In this document: positions 41,714-54,997 of the stretch, one piece after another | Layout: the number at the start of each line of letters is the position of its first letter | How positions within the stretch are numbered: the stretch's first letter is position 1 | Assembly (NCBI RefSeq): GCF_000181795.1 | Contig: NW_003526941.1 | Location: 4,825,811 to 4,889,810 of the forward strand | Direction: 5' to 3' | DNA from: Trichinella spiralis | Lineage: Eukaryota | Length of the DNA stretch: 64,000 nt | Made by a program: the position numbers and the translations under genes | The notes under the pieces: model-generated | Seen by the model: the letters and a program-made list of their open reading frames with translations, nothing else | The model's database searches: none | Told to the model about the DNA's origin: nothing

Positions 41714-44700
41714 TCAACTGACAGATTCTACTTCAGCTGTTTCATCCCTACGCACAGTAAGACGAATATTACCAACGGCCAGCTTAAGCCTTTGCACAAC
41801 ATCAGCAGGATTTGTGTCAGTAATCAAATCACCATCGATCTTAAAATAATAAAATTAAAAAAAAATCCCAATTTAGCTGACAATGAATATCAGCAGAATA
41901 GATAGAATAAGCGACAAATTACTTTCCATATGCGATCGCCAACTTGCAAACGACCGTCATTAGCAGCAACGCTCGCAGGCGCAATGGCTCGAATGTAAAT
42001 ACCACTGCCGTGAAGAGGCTTTCCAAGACTCAAACCAAACAACTGCATTTCGGTTTTTTTGAGCACAACTTCCAACTCGACGACATTAGTCAGTTTCTAA
42101 AAACAGATACGTTTGCATGTATGTATGTACGTCGTATATGTGTTGTGTGAGATGGAATGTGATACAAGAAAAAAAAACTACCAAAAAAAATCAGCAATAT
42201 TACCTCTACTTTAGGGTCGGTATTTGGATCGACCGTCGTAGTCGTCGTCGTCGTCGTCTCGTTGAAACTACTACCATTTCCACGAGATCGCCACAGACGC
42301 AAAATGACCGGTGATTGAGCTTCTCGTAAAAGTGCCACAGCATCCGCATGACTCAACCCTTCAGTACTTTTCCCATTTACCTTAACAGAAGAAAAAAAAA
42401 CATTTTTTTTCCTTTTTGACAAATTTCGATCAAATCAGTGGTCGTGAAATCGAACCATGGCAAGTCGATCGCCTGGACGGATATTCGGACAAGACAGTGC
42501 AGGTTCGTCGACTATTCTTTTGATGTAGACTCGTTTCTGGCCTTTACCACCAGCCACTTGAATACCAAGTGTTCCGTTTTGATTTTTCTCCAACACAACC
42601 TCTACCAAATCGGTCTAGAAAAAAATCAAAATGGAAAAAAAATTAATTATTAGCTGATTAATGTCGAAATTTGAATGCAAAGAAATGTTTTTTTTTAAAA
42701 ATATCAAAAATCACCTCATCGTCGTTCCATTTCGAATCATAGGCAATTGAATCAGTCCAATCAATGTCACCAAAGTTGGTTGTTTTCTCTTTTTTCCCAT
42801 CATCAATATCCAACACCGTCGCCGCCTGACAATCGTAAGAGCTGTGCACATCGGCAGATTCTCGTCGACATTGGGACAATTCATGCTTGGACGAAGAAGA
42901 ATCTCTGGAATTGTTCTCGTCCGTATCGCTGTCCGTGTCGCTGTACAGACTGCTGTAAAGACCAGATCGCACTTGTGCTGGTGGAAAGTTCGATTCCATT
43001 GCCGTCAAATCGACGTGTCCATTCAAAGCCGATTCGGTGAGGGTGTGTTCGTCTGACCAGTGGCGCCGACCGTCGGCCGTGTCCAAACGCTGACCAAATC
43101 CCGTCTGCTGCTTGTGGTGGTGCAAGCTCTCGTCGCTGCTGTACAAACAGCGCAGACGTACCACACGCAATTCGACCCTGGCTTCATCAGTGTCACGAAC
43201 CAAATTGACCGCGTCCAATCGACTACGCCCTTCCAAACTGTGCCCGTTGATCGATACCACTTTGTCGCCAATTTTCAAACGATCGTCCAATTCAGCCGGA
43301 CCTCCAACCGTCATCGACCGGATATAAATCCCTTTCAAACCCTGAATTTCACCGTCGACTAGAGTCAAACCGAGACCATAGCGAGGATGTTTGACCAGTG
43401 TTGTCTCGATCAGATCGTATTCAGAATCGACAAACGAAACATTCTTGTCCACGTCGAACTCATTCAAATCACCTACAACAACAACAACAACTGGGGTCTA
43501 TCTCGAAATGTACAAAAAGCAAAAAATAAGCGACAAAATGGTGTGTATTGTTCACTTGAAGAAATGGCACCATTCGGAACAACAGTAGGTGATCCCAATG
43601 AGGCGTTGCAGTCGCCGTCGTCCTGAACAATAGAAATATTATTCTTGTCCAATTTATCAACGGCTTCTTTCTGCGCTTTGGATTTGCGCCTTGGAGCCGA
43701 AGGTCTGGGCAAGGTCGACGACGACATGCCAACATCGACAGCACGTTCATTGTAAGCAGTGCCTGCAAGTAACGCAGCATTAGGCGGCGTTTCCCGTGAA
43801 ATACCCGAATCACCATCTGACACACTTCTGTAAATGAGAGAAAAAAAATAAAAAAAATATACGGTGTAATTTACAAAAAAAATTTTTTTTCAAATGTTGT
43901 CATTTAAGCCTACTTTCTCTGAGATGCGGAAAATTCGTTTGTTCTGGTGTGACTAGTAGAAGATATTTTGCCAGCATCATTCAACTCCGAATCACATGAA
44001 GTCAACAACGTCGATGCCCAAGAACGCATTTTGATGCAAAACCGATGCTGAGATGCAGCAAAATTTACAAAATAGCTGCTTCTAAAAATAATTTTATTTT
44101 GCCCACTGCAAGCATTGATTGGGATTGAAAACCAGTGATGACATGGGAAACGTACTTGCGATAGCTGTCGGTGAAGAATGTCGACTTTTCCAAACTATCC
44201 GCATCGTTTGCTTTACGAGTGACAATGTGAAATTTTTTTCGATCAAATTGAAGTGTCTGAGTCAAATGCCAAGGATGATGACTGACCGGAACGCGAACTC
44301 CACCCTGAAAAAAAAGAATAAAAAGGGACATTATTTGTACATGCATGATGATGAGTTGGTTCGACGTCAGAAATGGTGGAAAACCTGCTCTTCAAATATC
44401 ACCAATCCTCGACTCATAATTCCAATCCACAACGGTACACCAGTATCCGGATCGCCCAAAGGACTGACAGTTAACATCTGTGATGGTTTCGTACGATACA
44501 AGCGATAAAAATGAAAACCATATTCTCGTAAAGTTTGACACTGCTTAAAAAGAAAAAAAATAATATAATAACCACGAAAAGAATAAAATAAAATAAAATG
44601 CTAACTTTCAAGTATTCCATCTCGGCCGTGCAAGGATCCAAGTTGGAATATTTCACGTGCACATCGGCCAGTTTCATGGCAATGGAATTCAAATCCGCAT

Positions 44701-47700
44701 TGTTGAGTAAATTCTGCAAAAGAAAAGTGTGCAAATGCAAAAAAAAAACAGAACAACTAAATTTTCAACTTACACTTGGCAAGTAATGTTTAGGATCAAA
44801 ATATTTGTGTTGCCCATCGGCTGGACGATTGCCAATTTCCGCCTGCAATGCCACGCCCCCTAATTGATACGCCGACTCAGAGTCGCATTTCAATCGTTCT
44901 TCGACAACGTCATGCCGTAGTTGTAAGTAAATGTGATGCATAGTTGGCTGAGTTCTACAAAACATTCAACATGAACATATTGAATCAATGAGAACAAAAA
45001 GACGACAAAAAAACACTGTTCGTCTATCTACTTTACAAAATCCAGCATGACAGGATAAAACTTCAATCTGAGGTACAATGTGAACACAACTCGTGCTTTT
45101 TGATTAGCTTGCACTCGCCATCCAGGCGGTGCAAAATGATAAATCTTTTCTTCGGGTTCCAAAAAATAATGTTCACCATCTAGACAAAAAAAATACGGAT
45201 AAAAAATAAATTGACATATTCAAACAAAAAGAGGAACCTTTCAAATATGTGAGTCCAAAAAAATGGCGTTCCGACAAATTCGTATGCCGGCTAACAACTT
45301 CGAAAATATCCAAAGCAGTGCAATTTGTCTTGCAAGTGACGTCGACACGTCGACCGTTGAGCAAAATGACCAGCACATTTGTATCTCGCACTTTGAAAAA
45401 CAATTTCTTTTGCTAAAATTGAAACAAACAAACAAATAAATAAATAAAACAGCACAAATTGCTCAAAATCAAAAATAAACAAATCAATTAAGCAACGATA
45501 ATCAACAAATAGCAAAGTGGCAAAAATGAAAAATTGATTTACCAAATTTTTAAAATATTCACTAGTGTTAAATAATGAGCGCAACTGTCGACAACACGCG
45601 CAGTGCATTCTTGTTGCACATTGGCAAAATGGAACTGTTTTCCCTGATTAAGTTGTCTTATATATGTATTTCATGGTCAAAATAAGACTGTTGAAAAGTA
45701 TGTGGTAAATACAATTGTGCGTTGATCAGAGTTGGTGCTTCAGCGGTTCCGATGCAAATAAAAATGCAGTTTGTATAATATAAACTGGTCAAGGGCAATA
45801 AACAGAACCACAACAACGGCTTAGACAAACAACTAAGCGCAAAGCTTGAGCACCATCAAAAATTTCGAAACGAAAGATACACAGTACAAAACCAACACTA
45901 TTGCAAATTGCAAAATTTTAAATTTTCACCAACACTGCATACAGTAGCAGTATGCAACAACAACACCTTTGCAATGTTAAGCGAAAAACAAATAAATACA
46001 TAAATAAATTCGGCAAAATCCAACACTGTTCATTTGGAGTAAAATGATGCACGAGCAGTAAAATCTGCCATCTAAATCTAACAGCAGTGCAAAATTAGCA
46101 TAAATTCCACTGCCGACGAAACCAAATTAATTTTACAACGAAATGCCCCTAAAGCTACCAAGCAACAAAATAAATAACATTTTGATTGCAAAAAAAGCTT
46201 ATAATTAAAAACTGTACTGAACAATTTGTAAAAATAAAAAAATGTAAACATCTGAATTACAACCAAAATAAAAAAAATATATAATACTTTTCTAGTTCTA
46301 AACAAAACAAACAATAGCAACGGTGTTTTCATGCGTAAAATAAGCAATAGCAAATGTTAGCATTGTTTGAATAGTGAAATTCGATCTGACTTGCAGAACA
46401 AAAAATGTGACTCAAACTTCAACAAAGTCAGCAAACAAACAAACAAACAAAAAATATATTCTTCTAATATGCACTATTTTAAAAGAAATGTAAATTGAAA
46501 TGAAAAATAACTATACAAATGCATCAATTAATGATCAACAACAAGAACGACATTTATTAGTTATATGAATATTTTTTCTCATAATAATAATGATAATTAT
46601 TTTTTTATAATATAAAATAAGATAAAATATTCGTTTGATTTAAAAATAAATGCCTTGCATTCGTGTGTGTCTCTAAGTCTGTTAACATGTTAATTAACAA
46701 AAAGACAGCAGGTAAATAATAGCCGAGCAGCACCGGCACACCCAAAACCGACCTCAATTAATTTTTCAATTGACCAACTAAAACTAACTAGTCGACTAAA
46801 ATACAAGTTTCTATGCAAAGAATGCAATGGTATATATTATGTATGTATATACATTTGTAATATTTATAACAATCAGCCTGAGGGTGTGGCCAGTGAATTT
46901 GTTGGCAAATGAAAACCACCACGTTGTCACGACGTCATTAATTTACAATTGAATGAGGAATTTGAAAATAAAATTTAAAAAAAAAAACAAATTCATACTG
47001 ACCTCTGAACAAGGAGCTTTCAAACGGATGCTTGGCATTCGACCGTGGTCATCGAACTGCAGGACTGTCATTGCCTGATCAAATTGAAAAAAAAGCATAC
47101 AAATAAAAGCTAAATAAATAAATAAACAAATATTTAAAAAACAAATACGGTAGATTGATTGGAAGCAGAAGAAGCGAGCGTTGTTGAACGTTCCTCAGTG
47201 GAAACCATCATCGGTTGCCGGCTTTTTTGCGAGGCTAACAACGATCTATTGTTTGATATACGTTGCTGTTGTTGTTGTTGTTGTGGCTTTTTCTCTAAAA
47301 AAAGTGAAATTCAACAAATTCGAAAAAAAATCAAATCGATGCAATAAGATCAATCAACTTGATTATGGAAAAGCAAAAAAAAATAGAAAAGTACAAAAAA
47401 GTTCCAACTGTACACAGTGGTCATCGTGGTCTGTCTGCATGGTCATCAGCGGCTAGACCAGTGACCGTGACAAATAGAAGAAGCGATAGTGGTGCATTTT
47501 TAGCCAGCCTGCAAAGCCGACAATAACCGGCACGAGGCCAGTTCAGACGTGCATGCATGGAATTTGTGCCGACCAATAAGGTCAAAGTCAAACGCATCGC
47601 TTCTCCCTAAGCATACACACTTAACTTCCCAATTGAAATCGCTGTTTTATTGTTTAATTTTCATTTAATAAAACAAAATAAAAATTTTAATATTAATACG

Positions 47701-50700
47701 AACATTCTTCAAATAAATTATGACTGACATCACTGCTTGTCGGTCAACTGAACAACGATAACAACACGAACGAATGAATTACATTTACCAGCTAGTCACA
47801 CACAATGAAGAGTAGTCAATGATAATAATTGGCTAGGCTAGGCTGAGCAATTGTAACAACTGACTGCAACAAGCTCGCTCTCATCAGATCAAATAAAAAA
47901 TTTACGACAAATCAAAACACCGACACCAATGCCATCATGTGACATGAACAAGATATTTAAAAAAACACACACCAATTTCCAGCAAACAATAAAAATCATA
48001 AATTTATCAAAAAAACATGAACAAAAAAATGAAAATGTAAAAATGCTGAATAAAAAACATCCCACTATCTATCTGTTGCTACCCACTGATCAAGTGTATG
48101 AAAATATTACCAGAACTTGGGATAAGTAAATTATCCACACTCGTATTACGGTCGACTGACAATGAACACTTACTTACAAAAGAGAGAATGAATGTTCAAT
48201 GACAAATTATTCACAATGTCAACAAGTCAACAAATAAACAAACAAACAACAACAGCTTGTTTGCACAACATTGTTCACGAAGCAAAAAAAAAACAACTAT
48301 TACTACTACAACAACCATATTTCTACCGTGGAAAAACTCTCATTCTACAACATTTGATGACGTTGGGTGAACAGTTTAATGGCCCCTAGCAACAAATGAA
48401 AGAAATCGAATCGGTCTTTTTCAAACTCTGGTTTTTTGTAACACCGCTTCTTCCGTTATGGCAAAAATAAAAATGAAAAAAAAACCATGCCGCACAACAA
48501 TCACCATTTTACACGCCACGTCATCATAATTTGATGAAAAATAAAATTTGCTTTTCCTCATAATTCGATAACTGTATCTTAATAATGAAAAGTATATTTT
48601 TTTTCTTAATTGGATCAACCAAATAAAAAAAACTACACATTCGCGACGGTTATTTTGAAAAAAACAATGATTAGATATTTGGTGATTCAAACTGAACAAA
48701 CAAAATAAAAACAAACAACTCTAACAAAACCTCGCTTAATCATCACCACTGATCGGAGATGTATGTCATAAAGCACAATAGATCTGTATCTAGAAAAATC
48801 CTAGAGAAAAAGAATTATTAATGCTTAAATAGCTCATTTTAAAATTCAACTTTAAAAAGAAAGGACAATACAACCCTCTACGGAAAATAATCTTTGATCA
48901 GATACAACGAAAAACAATTCACATAAATCTCAATGGGAAAAATCTAGTTGCTTTATTTGAATATTAGTTGTTGTATTGAAAAAAATAAATAAAATAAAAT
49001 GTACAAAATATATATATATATACTTACGATAATGCTCTGGCTTTTTAGTTTTACAAGTGGGAGGTGTTTGCCATGTAGTATCTTTGGCACTTCTGATGCT
49101 TCGAAATGAACCACGCACAAATGGATCATTTGTTGACGTCTTGACCGACGCAACCGACTGCGGACAAGCAACAAGCGCTTTCTTTTCTCCTGTGGTCGTT
49201 GGCGCCAGAGGTTCATCTTCTTCTTCTTCCATCACCGAATACAGACGCTTCTTCTCGACAACACTGTCCGAATCACAATGTGTACTGTAGCTTTTGTCAC
49301 CCTGTTGGTCGAAATTTGCATCTTCCAGGGTCGATTGAACCAAAGGCCAGCACAATTCTGAAGAATCGTCCGAAATTTCACCGTCCCAATAATGTTCGTC
49401 GTCTAGAAGAGACGGGGCAGAAAAAGATTTCCCCGTTGAACCTATCGGACGATGCTTTTCAGAATAACTAGCCGAATGGCGACACGACAGCAGCTCGTTC
49501 GACGCTTTCTCACTGAAACAAACCAACCGAACAATTTAGTGGCAATTTCGTTTCCATTTTCTCTCCAACTCACTCTTCTTCCGCTACACGTCCGCTTGAA
49601 TAATATGCAAATAGATTTTCATTGTCCGGAAATTTCACTGGCAATTCATCAATTTCTGAAACATGGAAAAAAATGAACATTATATATTTTTTGAATTTTA
49701 TATTTAGCCTAATCACCTGAAACATAGCGCTTCTTTTTCTCTGTTTGATTGTCAACCGTTGGATACTGTTCAACATTGGCAACAGTTGCACAACATGTAC
49801 AGCCACGAAGTACGCTTTCACAGTGCCATGATTCGAATCCCCTTTCGAAATCAACGTCCAGGTGATACGTTGAATCCGACTGTTGTTGTTCACCGACTTC
49901 CGATTCTGCAGTAAAATAGCCAACCGTTGATTCAGGAACATAACCATCATCTTCTTCGTCTACTTTGCATAATTCATCAGTGTACAAATTGCAATCGCTT
50001 TTCACCACTTCTTCTTCAGCAGCACATATCAATTGTTCACCAGACTGCAAAGTAGAGTCCGGTAAACTATTCTACAATTAAATTCAATTTGAAATTTCAT
50101 TAAAAATTTGCCAACATATTACCTAAACTTGAATATTTACATAAGAAACAGAGCGATTAAATCAATTTTCCACTAATATTACACCGACAATATATAATAC
50201 CTGCTTGTCAATGAAAAATTACTGTATGATCAAAAAAGCTCACATTTGTTGACGCTTGTTGGAGTAACGTGTGAAAAAGAATTTCAAGAACCGCTTGAGG
50301 TTTAAGGCAAAGAAGCTGAACTTGATTTTCTACAATCTATAATATTTCAAATTCCAGTCTGTACATCAGCAAAATGACGTCAAATGATTTCTCACCTGTT
50401 TACAAGAGGGCAATTCAATGCGACTTTCACATTTTGGTAATTTCATCATGTTTACAACAGAATGCAAAATGGGACTAGAATCAAAGTGAATCTAAAAGAA
50501 TTTTTTTTGAAACATAAAACTCGTGATTAAAATGTTAAAAACAATAAAAACTCACGTTTGGATTCTGAGCCAAAATATCCGCTAAAAGGCATCCAAGCGA
50601 ATACAAATACATCTGAAATAATTTTTCATCGTCGTCACGCTCTGATTCATATTTCACAAGGATGTGTAATTTTAAATAATTACAAATAAAATGACAAATG

Positions 50701-51234
50701 TGACTTGGATTTTTAGCTTTCCGAAAACTAAATTCTTAAAGAAAATAGTTGATGATAAAGCCAAACAGGTCACAACTACATCTACAACAGTTAACAACAA
50801 TCTCAAACGTTTCCATTAATCGTGATTAATTTTTAACATAAAAATGCAAAATCAAACATACTTTGGATAACATAAAGTCGGCTTCAGATCGGCAAGACTG
50901 TTCACATTCTGGGGGAATGTAACAAACCGAATCAGGATGACGAGCAGACGACCGGCAAAATACAATACATCCATCTTCAGTTATGTGCAAATCATCCAAA
51001 GAGAAAGCTTCGAATTTCCCTAAAAATTTGCTTACAAGATTCCAAAAAAAAGGAAAAATTTTAGACGTTAGAGAAAAAAGCAACAAAATTTTCACCTTCT
51101 GAAACTGATGACTGCATCTCTATTGCTTTAATAGATTGTAAAACAAGAGACCATAGTTGAGCTTCATTCAATTCTTCCCGTTTCAGATGTACCAGTTTGG
51201 TCAAGCTGAATCGCAAACCCGTGCCAGCAGTCAT
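41714..51234 (-). CDS. KIND-FERM-PDZ-PDZ-PDZ protein, FRMPD2/PTPN13 family, no phosphatase domain; 23 coding exons, ~1478 aa
   Basis: Hand-spliced exons (minus): 51096-51234, 50862-51019, 50556-50612, 50396-50491, 50244-50336, 49717-50071, 49574-49655, 49028-49512, 47149-47294, 47003-47074, 45238-45412, 45032-45179, 44774-44954, 44606-44713, 44385-44543, 44156-44304, 43914-44081, 43556-43827, 42715-43472, 42456-42614, 42204-42380, 41923-42096, 41714-41839. KIND-like N-terminus (SLTKLV..LNEAQLWSLVLQS; YIPPE; YLYSLG). FERM domain (VILLNGRRVDV, HFFGL, LYLRLKFY, YLQLRHDV, LGGVALQAE, EYGFHFY). Three PDZ domains (YGLGLTL, TLGIQVAGG, LFGLSL). Stop follows ..VESVS. Confidence 0.88.
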
Positions 51235-52439
51235 TTGAATATTTTCAAAATGGAATTTTCATCGTAGCTTCAAAAAATAAAATACGATGCTTAATGGAAA
51301 ATAGCAGAAAAGCAAAACAGCAAGCAAGCAAGCTTGGAACAGTATGCTCACACTGACTAAAGCGAACTAAACTAGCTGTAACAATTCAGAACCGGTAATG
51401 AAATTCTGAACGAGACTGAAATTTCACCGTACCACTATATGATACGAGATAGCTATGTGGAAAGGTAAAACGCATAGTCGACGAGCGCGCAAATGCATTC
51501 TACGCGTACTGCAGGAGCTGGCATTAAACGCTTGTGTAAATAAACTGGTTCAACCATGCATTAAATTTAAAAGCACACTGCACAATGTTACAAGAGTCAA
51601 CAAATATAAACAAAAAGAAAAAGCTCCGATCTACTAACAAAAGAAAAACACGTCAGATTACAAAACTACAGTAAATATAAAGTTTGAATACTTAAAAAAG
51701 AACACTCAAGATGTATCATAATTAGGTAATGGATTTTTAAAAACGGCCTCAATTCAAGTAATAATGATGAACGCTTTTTTGTAATTTTAATTTCTTACTT
51801 TTATCAATCAAAATTATTTATTAATTTATTTAATATACAATCAATTAAGTGAAAAAAGTTCAAATTAGTAATAATTTTGGCACAATTGATAAATGTGTTT
51901 CACATTCATTTGTACATTATTATCGTTGTTTGTTCATTTGAAAAATTTTTTAATGAAATGTGAAATTTTTTACTTTAACAAAACAACTGGATTATAAATG
52001 ATATTTTAAAGTATTTGAAAAAAAACTATATGAAAAATTCAATTGTTAGCTTTACCCAATTACTCAATTACGTCATGGAGTGAAAAAATAAAATAAGTTT
52101 GTACATAATACTTGAAAATAACAATTACTTTCAATTCAGCATATTATATTTGTCAATTCAATATCCTGAGTAGCATTTTGATGATTCATTTACAAGCATA
52201 CTGTCTTTACACGTTTAATGCCTGAGCATTTTTTTAAACTGTATGTTGGATTATTAAGGATAAATTTGTAAAATGTGAACGAAATAATGTTTCAGTTCTT
52301 TTTATTACTATAATTAGTATTTTCTGAAAATGTTTTTTGGAATGTTTTGAATTTTATCAGCAACGCTGTCCACTTTGAAATGCCAAATTGCCTGTAATTT
52401 ACATTGAATTTTAGTCGAGTTGTGCCTTTGATAAGAAAT
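51235..52439. promoter_or_regulatory. Putative shared (divergent) promoter region between the FRMPD2-like and ataxin-7-like genes
   Basis: Head-to-head start codons lie 1.2 kb apart. A CpG-richer patch at ~51470-51530 sits next to a very AT-rich stretch. No specific element was identified. Confidence 0.4.
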
Positions 52440-54997
52440 ATGAGCAGTGGTGTCGTTGATTTGTCCAATGTACCAAGAGAAGAATGGATGGGTCTACCGT
52501 GGGAAGAATTCTTTTCCAGGTTTTCCAAAGACACCGAACTCAGGAACAATGCTTCAAGTGATTCTGAAGCGGATGATGACCAGTTTACAGTACCATCCGA
52601 TTTAGCAAATTTACCAATAATGGGTATTCGTTAGTAGAGTTGTTTGTTATTTTGTTACCGAAATCCATTTTTTTCAGATTTACCGCCATTTCGAAACTTT
52701 CCTGGTCCGAAAGAATACGTTTTGCACGAGTGTCGACTGTGCGGCTATTATGTCCACTCTTCGGCGCTGAAACGCCATCTCGGTACTGACCGACAGAATG
52801 CTTTTTTCAACCAGTGTTCATGTTGACGGTGTGCATGTTTAAGGAATTCGTCATGGTGATACATTCAAAGAAATTTATGGAAAAAATGTAAATTTGACAG
52901 AAGAGAATAAAACAGACATTACCATAGAAACGGCTTTGTCCAACAGTGAAGAAAATAACGTGAAAAAAGATGTCAACGAGAAGCAAGTTGAAACTGTTGA
53001 AGAAGCAGGAAGTAGTGATGCTGTTGTGAAGAAAAAGACCCAACCGAGCAAAGATCGCAGCAGAAAGTCGACACCACGCGCTGCGCCTTGCAAAAAAGGT
53101 AAATTTAACAGTGATAATAATTATTGAATCATATAGTTCAGAGTAATTTTAGCCGCAGGCAAAAGCAATTCGGGACGAAAGCGTAAGACTGACACGAGCC
53201 ATCCATCTGCTGAATTACAGTTACAAATTTCGAATAATGATAATAAAACGTTCACTGATAAGGAAGAGGTAAATTCACTGGTTGAAATTATCGCAATATT
53301 TACATTTTTCTAGCATTAAATTATTCAATTGTTAAGTTCAATAATGAATTTGTGTAATATTTGAAGCTAACATGCGGTTAATTTAATCAACCAGCAATGA
53401 ATGTACAGCGAAATTGCAATTTTTTAGTGCTTGTTATGTAATACTGTGCAACGAAGAGTATTTTCCATGATAAATAATTTTATTGAATATAAGGTGATTA
53501 AACAAAATTTTCTTTAGCTTTCAACTGTATATCTAAAGCTGTGAAAAATATATATATTTGTTTTTTACTTTAAGTATTTTTTAAAGTAATATTGTATTTT
53601 AGAGATTTGTTTAATGATTTTTTTTCTATTACATTGTGTAGATAGTTTTGGAATCAAAAACTGTTGCTGAAGAACAGTTGAGTGACAGTCAAACTCTTGG
53701 AGTTGCGGCTGCACAGAAGTCGAATGTTGGGAAGAAGATTCGTAAAGCAGCAGCCGTAGCAGTTCATGAAAAAACGGCTAAAGTTTCTGTGTCAAATGTT
53801 GACACGCATGTTGCTGCTGCTGTTGTTGTATGTTGCTTTAATTTATTTGTTCAGCTGTTATTATATATGTATAATTATTATGCAAAGAAATGTGACAACG
53901 TACAGCCAACAAAGACCAGGAAGAGTAACAAAGTGCCGCAAAGAACGGGGCGAAAGAGAGTATCAACTAATAAAACGACGACAAGGCGTGGGAATTTAAA
54001 TGAAAATGAAATTAATGCCGAGTAGAAATTTTTGCATCATTGTTGAAACTTTACAATTGTTTAATTTGTATAAAGTTTCAGAATTATGAACGAAACTGAA
54101 CTGCTTCTCAGTGAACAACCATCACTTCAACAGCAACAGCAGCAGCAGCAGCAACGAGAACAAGAAGAACCATCTGAAATTGTCTTGCAGCAACAACAGC
54201 GACAACAACAACAACAACAACAGGCTAATATGCGTCCAAGAATAATCAAACTCTTCCATTCACCAGAATTATTGTCATCCACAGGTGGAGGAACAGTTTT
54301 ACGTCCGCCTCGATTCATGCATTCTTCAACAATGAGGCAAAATTTTCTAGCAGTTGGCAGCAGCTCAACAACATCCACGACATCTTTGGCCAACGTTTCG
54401 AACAGCAATTCTTCGGCTGCTGGTCTCGAATATTACCAAGTATCGCCAACTTATCGAAACGGTGTGCCTTTTTTTGCATTCCGAAGAATTTCTCCTCCAA
54501 CTACTACTACTACTACTGCTGCTGGTATATTTTATTATTTGAACACTTTTTATTATTAACAAATGAAAATTTATGCAAATTTTTTTCACGAAACATTCCC
54601 TTTTACCCTATTATTATTATTATTTTAGCCAATAGTCAGCAACAAGCTGGCAATATTGTAGGATTACAATGTGGTTCGTTGTTAAACTTGGCTACTGGTC
54701 AAATACCATCTGCAGGCGGTAGTAGTAATCAAGCTAATGAAATAAACATGATCCGTTCGAATACGGTTATGGTAAATAAATATATATAAATAAAAAACAT
54801 CAGTATTTCTTAATGATAAAATAGTGCAAAAATGAAAAAAAAATTTTTTTTTCAAATTTCAGAATGCCGAAAATTACGATACAGCAGCATCGAGCGTACT
54901 GCTTGGCCTACAAGCGGCGGTATCGGCTCGTATTACATCTTCGGATGGTCGTGCTGTTCGCCGTGTTGATTCGCTGGATGATTTGCAACTTGACTGA
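52440..54997 (+). CDS. Ataxin-7/Sgf73-like protein (N-terminal C2H2 zinc finger, low-complexity polyQ C-terminal half); 9 exons, ~566 aa
   Basis: Exons 52440-52623, 52678-52782, 52844-53098, 53153-53268, 53642-53827, 53888-54021, 54082-54524, 54629-54771, 54863-54997 join in frame with GT-AG introns. The N-terminus (WMGLPWEEF...LPPFRNFPGPKEYVLHECRLCGYYVHSSALKRHLGIRH) resembles the ATXN7/Sgf73 N-terminal zinc-finger region. The gene model is solid; the family call rests on motif recognition only. Confidence 0.65.
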
